Shown here one piece after another: positions 22,901-33,968 of a stretch of 41,312 nucleotides of DNA. Position numbers and translations under genes: made by a program. The stretch lies in the NCBI GenBank assembly GCA_023645945.1, contig JALAIB010000048.1, positions 1-41,312 on the forward strand, in the 5' to 3' direction. The stretch's first letter is position 1. Each line of letters opens with the position of its first letter. The notes beneath the pieces were generated by a model. That model was not told where the DNA came from, did no database searches, and was given only the letters and a program-made list of their open reading frames with translations. Source of the stretch: Diploschistes diacapsis. Lineage: Eukaryota.

Positions 22901-24869
22901 TTGTCTTCGAGTTGGCGCAATCTCGACTGAGCCATGGCTAGATGCTGCATTGTTCGAACTCTACCAGGCCACTGGGACATCGCAATCTATCTCATACTAT
23001 AACGCGCGTGCCTATGCGGCTGCTGCGTCTGAATTACGAGAACTGCAAAAAGGGGCTCAGAAGATCATGAGTGCGGACGCTGAGCTTTCGAGAATGGGTA
23101 AGCAGCCGAAACTTCTCTCGGATATTACACTGCTTGCTAGTGCCTCAAGCTCGCCGGCCTTGATCAAGCTGTTAAATGAGCTGGTGGCGGATATCGCGGG
23201 TCGAGATCTTGAGGGTGATCTACAGATCAGCCTGCAGAAGATTGTTATGTTGAATATGGTTCTCCAGGTCGAGGGGATGCCATTAGAGGAGCTTCCGAAA
23301 CACCGTCTAGTGTTCTTCGTTCAGCATGTTTCAGCGGCCTTGCATTCTTCTATTGATGGAAATATAAAGAGCGAGCTGATGAAAATACTTGCGACATTTT
23401 TGCCACTGATACAAGATATATTCGGCGAGTTCTGGGAGAACATACTCAACGCCATACCACAAGCGTTGGGATCGGAAGATAGCAAGCTGCCACTTGTTCA
23501 TGCTAGCCTGCGCCTCTGTTCAGTTCTCTTGAAGCTTGTTACCAGTCACGCGAACGAGGACTTTCAGGAGTCTTGGGTAGATGCGAAGCCGAGGATTGCG
23601 GCTAATCTACTTTCGATGCTACGGGCCCACGCAGATGCTTCTGATATTTCCAACCAACCTCTTAAGATTGTCAACAGCCTTTTGGCGAGACAAGTATCCG
23701 CCTTCGCCGATACTATGCAACTGGAATTGGAAGATATGTACCCGATTATGGCAAGCGAGTCAACAACGCTGCAACGCTCAGCTTTCGAAATTCTACACAA
23801 AGCCATACCTTTGGCACAGGAGCAAGTATCTCTAGAGGCTGCGCTATCCAAAAACTTCGTCGCAAAGCTTCCTGAAGAATTGCTCTCCCTCATGCTTGAA
23901 GCCCCGTCAGCAGATAACTATCTTGACCTCCACCGCGAATCCGAACTTCCCTCTCCTCTCGCCCGCTACCTCCTTAGCTGGAAACTTGTTTTCGACCATT
24001 GGAACAACGCCTCCTACACCCTCCAATCTCTCTACGTTTCCAGTCTTAAGGACAGCCAGTCACTCCCCCTCCTTCTTTCCTTCACTTTTAACGTCCTTAT
24101 CGGCTCTCAGGACAAACACCCCTTCGACCCTTCCAGACTTCCATCATGGATAGGCAGTTACTCCCCTTCCCCCTCCGTAGACCCCGCAACCGAAAGTCGC
24201 CATCTCTTGTGCCACCTCTACTACCTGACCCTTAAGCACGCCCCACATCTCGCAAAGGACTGGCACACCAACGCGTGCCCGCGCGCCCTAAAATCACGTG
24301 TGGAGAGCTGGACGGAAAGACACGTCTCGCCCCTCATCATAGCCGCCGAGCTAGCCACCGTTTCCGCATGGACGCCCCCAGAAGTGACCACTGCCGCCGA
24401 CTCGAGCGCGTCCTCGAAAATGGAGATCAAAGTTTCCAACCGCGCCCGCGAAGCCTCTGCATCCCTGCCGCTCGACGACACGCACATCTCAATCCGCATC
24501 CTTCTGCCGCCCGCCTACCCCCTGTACCCCATTGCTCTGGCCACTGGCAACCGCGTCGGCATCGACGAGAGAAAATGGACGTCCTTCCTCAACGTCTCGC
24601 GCATTGTCATGAACTTCAGCTCAAGTTCGCAGGGACTAGGATGCGTGATCGACGGGATCGCGGCTTGGCGGTCCAATGTGCTCTCTGCGTTGAGGGGGCA
24701 GAGCGAGTGTGCGATATGCTACAGTGTGGTGAGCGAGGATAGGAAGGTGCCGGACAAACGGTGCGCGACGTGTAATAATCGGTTTCATGGGATGTGTTTG
24801 TACAAGTGGTTCCAGCGGAGTGGAGGGAGTAGCTGTCCGCTTTGTCGGAATGCTTTCAATTATGCTTGA
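19962..24869 (+). CDS. LTN1: E3 ubiquitin ligase listerin (ribosome quality control), 1635 aa, single exon
   Basis: N-terminal FKNVQKRDSTTRTKALEEL and WARLFPRTSIDNARRVR; C-terminal RWD-like LLPPAYPL and RING ECAICYSVV...CATCNNRFHGMCLYKWF...CPLCR. Confidence 0.96.
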   Translation: MSKKVFKSQASSSKAVFGSSVAFGSVHFGRAPGSVLSYVYEPPDLGGISDPAVVVCFKNVQKRDSTTRTKALEELQIYVNTRSDSKDALEDSFLEAWARLFPRTSIDNARRVRQLVHTIHGLIIEVCGKRFVKHMPATVGAWLAGLQDGDRPVARSAQDAIKRVFSTEGKQQGVWKAFRDPILEYCSAAALNESPNTLSDNRTVSPDDAEAKYSRAIGGALLTIATLLEVLPVEDTEKRGDSYEELLHSEAVLGLASSEDAFLRKAIYRLITTAEAKVQNLLQLSIVGNHIIKALDTDQTGSMSDFLRCLISLSKAQPEVWTSLYTGSSKKSPHKRLCHFLRKGSQGGSGEVWSQIGILLELVPRSVLLPDTELHPEKDAQAQQRVHVLTALKEGATRKNEIRALQKDAWECYLKLAEMILNYQVEPSARSELIRSSVLPLLQQYINPETENIEWGIGGLASEYVVEKAITVAFSYDPRTIQDVVNKLSDTLIEELKTSLPEQSKDHSKSQDATSDKFKRWYTVRASMLHKGDIQLSEIFTKRVESEVVAATSVLVSRNGKPYSAAMVLERAATLVCGSQQAVNGMYKTGEFQQPVLDKLVRFAKEELPSLMGSLSSLYMLKILQTLESACPLEGTLTAAVQRLAAAEPSPSRDSALYYLTSLRPWPGQQQVQAILSQAVLADLKHALDGVEGKWSLIEATIRNSQSPDSVKEDILAKMTESLSISAETVPALDGFDGIAKDAGQAFARLLASPHAPDLLSKLLFLSQEGDEYTRSRASKLKDIVSSSLAKSSANEITSNPVLNIIKESIPNTHQEALSVESLVSQALDLLKGKPSDQVKDILSELLPEAKQWKDFLGLFLKKQIDDALVLTNPLGGAIHLLSYPYQASDLGPIGYDAQGCSALIRMALFVAKVFKDSDLWEKADSETLLRTYVNISIVAQLANDHLSLPPAQALFDIAVGIEESQTVDAVAEIQSFCADCLRVGAISTEPWLDAALFELYQATGTSQSISYYNARAYAAAASELRELQKGAQKIMSADAELSRMGKQPKLLSDITLLASASSSPALIKLLNELVADIAGRDLEGDLQISLQKIVMLNMVLQVEGMPLEELPKHRLVFFVQHVSAALHSSIDGNIKSELMKILATFLPLIQDIFGEFWENILNAIPQALGSEDSKLPLVHASLRLCSVLLKLVTSHANEDFQESWVDAKPRIAANLLSMLRAHADASDISNQPLKIVNSLLARQVSAFADTMQLELEDMYPIMASESTTLQRSAFEILHKAIPLAQEQVSLEAALSKNFVAKLPEELLSLMLEAPSADNYLDLHRESELPSPLARYLLSWKLVFDHWNNASYTLQSLYVSSLKDSQSLPLLLSFTFNVLIGSQDKHPFDPSRLPSWIGSYSPSPSVDPATESRHLLCHLYYLTLKHAPHLAKDWHTNACPRALKSRVESWTERHVSPLIIAAELATVSAWTPPEVTTAADSSASSKMEIKVSNRAREASASLPLDDTHISIRILLPPAYPLYPIALATGNRVGIDERKWTSFLNVSRIVMNFSSSSQGLGCVIDGIAAWRSNVLSALRGQSECAICYSVVSEDRKVPDKRCATCNNRFHGMCLYKWFQRSGGSSCPLCRNAFNYA

Positions 24870-25438
24870 GGAGGGCATAGATATGGAAGGCGGATTGAGA
24901 GGTTGGGGATAGACAGAAAGAGGAGGATTAGGGGATTGCGGAGAACGCCACGATAATAGGCAAGGGCTAGCTCTAATTTGCTAGAGTTCATGAAATTACG
25001 ACCAATATCGCAAGATGAAGTGGCAAGTATACCCTGAGTTCATGTACATTAGGGGTCATGAGAAGCCGCCGCTTGCATACGCAGGTGAAGCATTGGAAAG
25101 ACTCATAGTAAGAAGCAGGGGCAGCATTAGCGAGCTCTAAACATTCCAGGATCTTCGTCTCATGCCGTGATTGAATAGATGGAGCTTGCAGGATAAACAT
25201 CAAAATTCTTATTACCCTGTGAAGCAAATGTTCCGACAAAGCAGCTCTCGGGCATCTATCTGGCGCAAAGCTACCAATCATGAGCCTTCCAAGTATGTAT
25301 CCAGGTATCAGCACGGCAGCGGCACTGCCTAAGACTCCAACAATATCTTCATTCTTCTTCCTCTAGGATGGTCAGCCATATCCGTTGTTGCGCAGCAATT
25401 TGAATCTCATATTTGCCTTCATGAAGGGTGCTTTAGTG

Positions 25439-28400
25439 ATGGAGGCTCTCGCTGTAATTGGCCTTGTTGGCAACATTGCCGGATTCATCGACTTGGGCGT
25501 AAAAGCTCATCTCCAAATCAGTCGAAATCGACCGATCAGGCGAGGGCGCATTTGCAGATAACCTCAACAACCGGACAGCGACGAATCGTTTACTCGACCT
25601 TGGCGGGAGACTCAGAGTTGGCGGCGAATGGCGAACCCGACCCTGTATTATCCAGGCTCTGGGACTCTTGTCGCACTGTCGCAGATGAGTTACTGACAGC
25701 ACTCGAGAAACTCAGAGTGAAGGGTGATCCGAACAAATGGAAGAGCGTAAGAAAGGCGCTGCGGAGCGTACGGAGCAAGGAGAAGGTTGAAGAGCTCGAA
25801 GGACGACTATCGAGGCTTCGGGATGAGTTGAACCTACATGTTACTATACACCTCAGGTTTGTATCCCGTCGCTGTTCAAAGTAGCCAGATTGACTTTGTA
25901 CACTCTACAGGGAGCAACTTTCAAAGTACAGGCAAGAGCAATCGGATGGGTTCCGAACCCTTGATAAAAGGATGCAAATATTGATCGAGGCAACGGTTCA
26001 AGGGCAAGATTTGGTACAAACGATGCATGAAGAGCAGATCGAGTTGCTCGAAAGCACGCATTGGGCGACGTTATCAAAGATCGAGGACGAGCATGCGAAG
26101 ACACGTCAGGAGATCATCTTAGAGATTAGGGTAGGACCATTCCTAGCTTACTACGACTTCGATACTAACAAGACCTGAAGGGGTCTGAGAAACCACGGCA
26201 TCAACCCCCGACCACAAACCCTTGCTGGTCTGTCCCATTCACTAGAGCGCGTACGTTGGCTGGTCGCGTCTCAGAACTTGAACAGATCGAGTCCCAGCTT
26301 TTCAAAGACGGCTACTTCTCGAAAACAGCAATCACCGGTCTCGGTGGCGCTGGCAAGACTCGGATAGCACTCGAGGTGGCCTATCGAGCGAGAGAAAAGT
26401 ATCCAGACTGCTCGGTTTTCTGGTTGGCGGCTTCGACTTTGGAGAACGTACAACAGTCCTACCTCAAAATTGCCCGGCAGCTGCAAATAGACGGCATAGA
26501 AGACCAGAAGACGGATATCAAGTAGCTTGTACAGGACCGCCTAACCCAAGAGCGCACGGGTCGGTGGTTGCTAATAGTTGACAATGCTGATGACCATGAC
26601 ATGTGGTTCAAAGCAACGGACGGCGGCATAAATTTACGTCTTATCGATTATCTGCCGAAAAGTAATGTCGGAGCATTAGTATTTACGACAAGGAACCGCA
26701 AAGCTGCCACTAAGCTTGCTGGCGGAAATGTCGTTGCGCTTGCTGAGCTCGACGAATTGGCCGCCAAGGACATATTACGGAGCGCTCTGATCGATAAACA
26801 AGCACTGATAGATGAGAACACTACGATAAATCTGCTCGAACGACTAACCTTCCTACCTCTTGCTATCGTTCAAGCTGCAGCGTACATCAACGAAAACGAT
26901 CTACCATTGTCGGAATACATATCATTACTTGATTCTACGGAGGAGGATATGATCGAAGTACTGAGCGAAGATTTCGAGGATGAGGGTAGATACCAGGATT
27001 CGAAGAACCCTATTGAAATCACGTGGCTTATTTCATTTGAGCGTATTCGACAGCAGGATCAGTTGGCGGCCGACTATCTGTCATTCATGTCCTGCGTGGA
27101 TCCGAGAGCTATTCCACAGGAGATGCTTTTCCCGCCGCCGTCAAAGAAACAACTCATTGAGGCCATCGGGACCCTGAGCGCTTACTCTTTTGCGACCAAG
27201 CGGCCGGCAACTGATGTCATGGATCAAAGCTTCGACCTTCATAGGCTGGTGCGCCTTGTCACACGGAACTGGTTGAGAAAGTCAGGCACTCTAGGGGACT
27301 GGTCCTCTAAGGTCGTTGCGAGGCTGGCTACGATTATCAAAGAAGCCTACGGACAACAGTGCAGGTATCTGTGGCGTTGTCTATTACCGCATGCACAGGT
27401 CGTCCGCGCTTCCAGCCTCTTTTCGACAGACGTTGAGCCTAGCCAGTGGTTCCTTGCGTACGTTGCACTCTGCTTGGAAGCCGATGGGAGGTACATCGAG
27501 GCAGAAAGATTCTACAAAGATATGAACCAAGCTCTAGAACGAACCGACGACTCTGGGTACCATTATACAATGATGGTGAAGCTCGAGTTAGGCAGAATGT
27601 ACATGGCCCAAGGTCGATTGAGAGAAGCTGAAGAACTCTTGGGACAGACTCCGAATGCAATAAAAAAGGTGTTTGGGGAAGAGAGTAAAGAAATGTTGAC
27701 CGCTATGAATGAACAAGCATTGCTATTGTCAGTTAAGGGGCGAAAAGCGGAGGCAAAAGAATTACACGTGCAGATATTAAGGATAAGAAAGTGAGTGTTA
27801 GGGCAAGAAGCTGAAGACAGGCAGGCTTACGAGTCTGGAAAACGCAGCGATCATGTGCATGTTGGAAAATAAATTAAATGAAGCCGAGGAGATGTTGGCG
27901 CAGGTTGTGGATATCAGGAAAAGAGCAATGCGGGAGAAACAATCCAAGCTCTGCACCATGTACCTTCCGGCCATGGGTTTCACACACCCGGGACGGTTCG
28001 TTGGAAGCTGAAGAATTCCTTGTACCAACCATGGACTTGCAGAAGACCGAACTAGGCGAAACTCATCCAGACACGCTGAATAGCTTGCGTAACCTAGCGA
28101 TCGTTTATCTTGCCGATCAGCGATGGAAGGAAGCGGAACGGATATGTTCGCAAACCGTGCAGGCAGAACAAAAGGTCTTCGGAGAAAGCCATGGAAGAAC
28201 AACAGACAGCATGGATGATCTTGCATTAATACTCTATCCTCAGGGGGCGACTGGACGAAGCGGAGAAGCTAGCTATCGAAGTTGTCAGGTTAAATAGCGA
28301 GACTCTGGGCGAGAATGATCGAAAGAGGCTCTCAAGCATGCACCGTTTAACGATCATACTCTTCAAGCAGGGCCGACGGGAGGAGGCAGAGAATATGTTC

Positions 28401-28790
28401 ATGCAAATTCGGAAATCATACGAAAAGCAGCTAGGCCAAGTTTGTCCGCACCCGCTTTGTGGCGACATGTGTGATATTTGCGACAAAATTGTTCGGCGAG
28501 GAAAGGTACGAAGAGGTTGGGGACCTATTTGCACTGATCGCGAGATCGAGGGAAATGGGGCTGAACGAAACTTTACCAGATTCACGGCACAGCTCGCAGC
28601 ATCTGCCATGTGTGCGCATTGGAATCAACTTTATCTCGGCGGCATATCGAAAGACTTGAAGATTGTGGAAGAAATGTGCGTTAAGGTCGTGGGCGAGGAT
28701 GAAATATTGAAGCATGTGAGGATGGAGCTGCAGCATATGAAAGACGATGAAAGACAATCCGGCATCCGATCGGTCTGCCGCTCATGAAAT
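25439..28790 (+). pseudogene. Fungal NLR-like gene (N-terminal SesA/HeLo-like helical domain, NB-ARC, TPR), disrupted
   Basis: MEALAVIGLVGNIAGFIDLG start, introns ~25857-25910 and 26131-26180, P-loop GLGGAGKT, Walker B WLLIVDNADD, FTTRN, LPLAIVQAAAYI, FDLHRLVRLV, TPR LGETHPDTLNSLRNLA. Frameshifts at ~25501, ~25620 and in the TPR region; stops at 26523 and 27792. 3' end approximate. Confidence 0.88.
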
Positions 28791-30068
28791 GCCATCGAAT
28801 GCAGATGAATGAATCTATACGAGGGCTCCCAAGAAGCTTCAGATATATTAAAGGACAAACCCGAGCAACTTGAAGCTATCCCTAAATTTTCAGCTTTATC
28901 TCCTGAATTGGCTTGAAGAATCCTTCAGGCTCTTATGTCGCGCAAAAATGGTGAAAGAGATGTCAAGTGCAATGATTGTCCGATACCGCTGCGGACTTCC
29001 AAATATCTCTAGAGGCTTGAAACCCTCCTGTGGCATTTGAATATCTGATAATGATATTATCCTCCTGTGCGAGTTGGATCACCACACTGCCAGTCCGGTG
29101 TTGGAGCATGTTGCTTATGGGTATTGCGATGCTAGACTTACTGCATCCCACATGGTTGATCTACTTTTGTTGTCTCCTGACGTGCAGAAATACGAAAATG
29201 GTCATAATATCCCTGGTTTTCTCTGTCAGAATCTATGTCTAGTCACATGTACTACCAGCCGAAGATCTAGACTCCTTTCAGCCGGTTGCCTATGTTAGCA
29301 AGACATGGTGAGCAGCCTTACAGTTATATATATCGCACATGGCTCCGGAGGTATTGAGGACATTTGGTGCCTTCTTCTCGTGCATACGAACTGGGGTATG
29401 CCAACACTCGCAAAAAGTAATGGAAAAGGTCACTGTCGTAAGACGGCTCCGAAAATGCTGCTTCTTGAAGCCTGTAAAAAAGGACACAGTTGGTTGAAAG
29501 CTATGGCCTAGCGTGACAAAAAAGGTCTATCTTTTTGTATGCTATGCGAGACGAGCAGGTGCTCCAACTTCCTTCTTTACCCTGACTGTGTGGCCATAAA
29601 TTGTCACACCAGAGTATGGTGGTCTCTGCAGTACCTGCTTCGTGGTGAACATTCTGCTAACGAATCTCTGGGATATAAAAAGGTATCTCATAATGAATAA
29701 GGGTTGCTTGCTTGCTTCTTCTCCTTACTGGAGTGGTTAACAGCGTCTAACTTCTTACGCTCTTGTATCGCTAGTTCTACTTATTATCTCTTTCAAACAT
29801 ATCACACGATATCTTCCCAAGCCACTTGTGTCCCATGCATTACAGCATGGAGCCGGAGATAATTGAGCAAACAGCCGATGTGAAGAGCGAAGAGGCCCAG
29901 GCAGACTTTCCATCTCAGCTCTTGAGTAAGTATGCTCACTCCCCAACACCTTATCACGGTCGAGCTAATATATGCATGCACCATGGCTAGATTATACTGA
30001 GAAACCTGAAGTCGATCAGCGCCTCCAAAGCGTCTTCCATTTCGACGTTAGAACCAGTAAGTGTCGAT

Positions 30069-31425
30069 ATGTCTCCAAGATGTCAGCTAGCCACTACCCT
30101 AGATTGGTCTGACCTGAATTTAGACGAGCTTGAAAAGATCAGCATTGACAGCAAGAAGCCCTGGCAACCTCAATCATGGAAGACTGCTGCCTATCAGGCT
30201 GATGATCGGGTCTTCTTTATCGATTCCCAACCTAGTAAGCACCGTACCGTCTCAAATTACCTAACGGCCCTCACTCTAGACCGTTATCTAACCAGTCCTC
30301 AGATACTCTGGAAGAGCTCGACATCGCCACCGACTTGTTAAGTGGGGAGCAAGAGCCTCCCATTGATCCAGCCTTGACCCAAAGGTCCTTGACTCCAATC
30401 TCAGGCACGTTAGATCACCCCCATCCGGGCGTGACCGAGAACCGAGGATTAGTCGATGCAGCTCCTATTGCCATGGACGTTGGCTTTGGTATGGATAGCG
30501 GCCAATTCAACACTATCGACCCATTAAACCATGGTCGAAGTGCCACAGCCAGCGACTATGTTGTAGGTCATACTCCCACGAGTGCTGTTTTGTCAACTCA
30601 AACATCCCAGCCCACTATTACGTTCAGCCCTTGTGCCACCTACAGCTCCTCTGGTACTACTACTATGCCCTCTGGCCCCTCGCCTCCATCGTCAGAGAAA
30701 GCGTACACGGAGCAAGAGCGCAGCGAAATCATTCTGGACAAGATGATTTGTCCCAACGAGGACAGGGCTCGTCTACAGGGCCCGGGCTACTGCAACAAGG
30801 AGCTTCTGCGGGCACCGGGTATGGCGTGTACCAGGAAGTAATCCGCCCCACAGCTTTTTTACTTGCCCCCCCCTTTTTTTTGGGCTGATACGCGCTCCAG
30901 GGGCCGATGCAATATCCAACACGCGCCGTGGCCGACCAACGGCGAGCTCGTGACGACGAGCTGCATGAACATCTGCGAAGTCTGCGGAGTAAAAACTTCC
31001 CAAAGAAGTTATCTCATAAGCCGTTTTGCTAATCCCAGACTAGAAGCTGAGGCGCGGCGACTCCAGCAACCTCACTAGACATGTGCAGCAGGCCCATACG
31101 TGTGTCTCTCTCTACGAAACCACCCCATATGAAATCCTTCCCGCAGCTGACACCTTTCGCCAGGGGAGCCACGTTCGACTCGGCCGATCCGCGCAGGCTT
31201 TGGACGCATGCCGGAGCGGCGCATCCGCGGAAGAAGCGCGTTCGCGACCGTCGGTTCGAGGCGAAATGCTCGACCTTCGCCGTCAAGAGCGGAACCGGGA
31301 AGCAGGGTGGCGGCAGCGAGGCCTACAGGAGGAAAATGGGATGGCAGGACGAGGCCGCCGAGCAGCTGAAGCGATATCTGCTGGCCCAGGACGCGACGAA
31401 AAAGGGAAATACGGGCTCTTCTTGA
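30069..31425 (+). pseudogene. Probable decayed gene of unknown function (S/T/P-rich N-part, Cys-containing C-part)
   Basis: Chain of same-strand GC-rich ORF fragments (30069-30341, 30335-30841, 30863-31078, 31081-31425), a possible intron at ~30235-30302 and a C8-T8 run at 30866-30881 at a frame break. No family recognised. Confidence 0.4.
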
Positions 31426-32354
31426 AGGGGTCTGGGGTCTGGGGTGCTCTTTGCTCGTCGACTTGCGATATCGGACGCTGCTTTAATGCGACGGAAAGCT
31501 CTCCCCCATGTTCGCAGGCTTGGAGCCATCCATTCGTGAGCATGTAGCGTATCCGCTCTGCTTAAAGGCCCACCCCTCTCACGTGCAAAGAAAACTTCGT
31601 TACAAGGTAATGCTCGAGCTGTATGCATGCACCTGTCATCCCGACATTTTCGCGTGCGTAATTCGCAGCATCATCGGGATATTTCCCTAAACGGAAATCT
31701 GTAACGGGTAGTCTACCCGGATCTTCGGCGGCAAAAGATAGCAAGCCCTAACCCAACGCTCCGTCAAGCATATCCTAGCTGCTACAACTGCGCGTCCCAC
31801 GACGACGACAGGAAAAAGAGAACCGGTTAAACAGCCAGGTGTTGCCTCGAGATCAGACAGAGACTATGTGCCATCATCTAATCTATTTATGTGTTGTCGT
31901 GTAACAATACCCTATTCTTGGACATGGCTAGCTAGCTCCTAAAGTCTAGGCGCCGAAGGTTTCTTCCGAACGGTTAGCCAACCCCAAACTCCATGAGGAT
32001 TAGCCCGCAGCGAAACTTGTTTACGTCGTTGATGATCCTCCGACCTCATTTCCGGACAAGACTAGCTCTCGGAGCATTACCGAGGCCATTGTCCTGGCCG
32101 CTATACCGGATATTCATGTGGTAAAACGAGACAAGTCGTATAGAGAGTAACGGTTGAAGGAATCCAGGAGAAGCTGGGGAGCAGCTCGGCTGTTTAATGT
32201 AGGTAGTCAGACACGGCTCTATGGTGCCGAGGAGCGCTTCGATAGTATTATCCAGCAGCCAAGAGCTTGCTCTTTCTCTTGTAGTAGGTTCGTAGCCCTA
32301 TAAGTAACGCCTACCAGTGCTGGTAGCGGTCAACCTTTTCTGTTAAATCTTGTC

Positions 32355-33085
32355 ATGTTTTCAACGGGTCGGGGTACCTATTTCTTCCTCTATCCTGCTC
32401 TTCGTTCGCGTCCTCGGCCATTCTATCATCCTCCTGGTCCATCTCCTCGTCCGATGCCTCACCGGCTCCGGCTAGTGCACACATTCTGATGAGGTCCCGG
32501 GTCCCATTGTAGCGTCATTATCTGCCAGCTAACCCGCCTCTCAGGATCATCCAATGTGAGTTCGATGATTTCGCCATCTACAATTCGGCGGTTAGTGAGA
32601 GAGTGTGATATATTCAGATCCCGGTCTATCCCCCCGAAGCGAAGTGGGTCTGCGGCCAGGTCGAAGCGTGCAAGCCAGCCAACATAAGCAGACTCGATGC
32701 CATTATCCAATTGCTCGATAGGCTGGCAGCCCACCCAAGCTTTGCTCCACCAATAATGTAGTAGTGGGATTAGAGCGATCATGTTGCTAGCTCGGTTGAT
32801 GATCTCTTTTCCCTCGGTGGCTAATAATTGTGGATATCTTTGGATGACTGGCTCATCGTGTAGAATTATCAGGAACTCCAACAGGAAGTCCGTGATTGGA
32901 CAGCACTACTTTGCAGGACGTGGAAAGATATAGCATTGCTGGGCAACGGGAGACCAGGAAACCACACATAGGAAATTGTCTCTGATGTCAGTTGAGCTTT
33001 GATCGAGCGATAAGCTGGTGAAGCAGGATTCAAGACGATCATCCATGGATGGAACGACGTTAGATGTCATTATTGAACTTTTCAT
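32355..33085 (-). pseudogene. Fungal HNH_2-type (HNH endonuclease-like) protein remnant
   Basis: RDNFLCVVSW...QCYIFP, NMIALIPLLHYWWSKAWVGCQP, WQIMTLQWD-LIRMCALAGAGE plus an acidic tail. In-frame TAG at 32906-32908 and a 7-nt duplication frameshift at ~32493-32505. Confidence 0.65.
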
Positions 33086-33968
33086 GTTAGGAAAGAGGAC
33101 AGAGAACAATTGAACAATAGAGAATATATTTGATAGGGTTGCGATCTGGACCGCGAGTCCTATATTGTCCGAAAGGTAGAGGAAGGAAGAGACTCGTAGC
33201 TAGGAGAGTGAACCTTCAAGCCAGCGAAAGAAGAGTTCAATTGCCGGATATATAGTAGAATATCAGCCTTCCAAAACCCTAAGCCCGGGCACAAAGCCAA
33301 GGTCATATTACCAACAATTACATCGCCCCATGTAAATGATATTCCCCTAAGAGTAAAGGGGCAGGCAAAAAGTGTTCATTTATTCTACTAGCTTGGAGCT
33401 CAGATTAAATAACAAGTAGCTGAGTCACATGACACCCAGTATCTCTTCGACTTCGGGAAGATCGAAACGCTCTGAGCGCACAATGTTTGGGCTCCAGGAG
33501 CAAAGCAGCCAGCAGAGCATGACACGAACTGTGCTTCATAGAAGATATAGCGTCGTTGCCCTTCTCCGCGGCAACCAGCGCTGGTGGATGCAGTCTCGTA
33601 GGGGAGAAGAGCTCCTGGACTAAGCATGGTTTGTACTTTGTAGTTGTATAGAGCGAATCGTTTAGCCTATGGGTCTTCCGGAAAATCAAAAAATCTAGCA
33701 GAGACCTCGTGGGGTTAGATCCCGGTCTTTTCTATCGTTGTATGGAGAGCCGGCGTGATGGTGTGGCAAGGTGAAGCGGGAAGGTTGCAGGGGCAGTAAC
33801 ACGACGCCGGACCGGACGGGGTCTCTCCATGCATGACAGGGTGTTGTGTATTCTCAAATATGTACAGCATGGACAGCAACAACCTCCTGTTGACAGCCCC
33901 TCACGATATGCACAATCGGCCATTCCATTATATCATGAACTCATTCATTCCTTCCATCCGGAAGCTTC

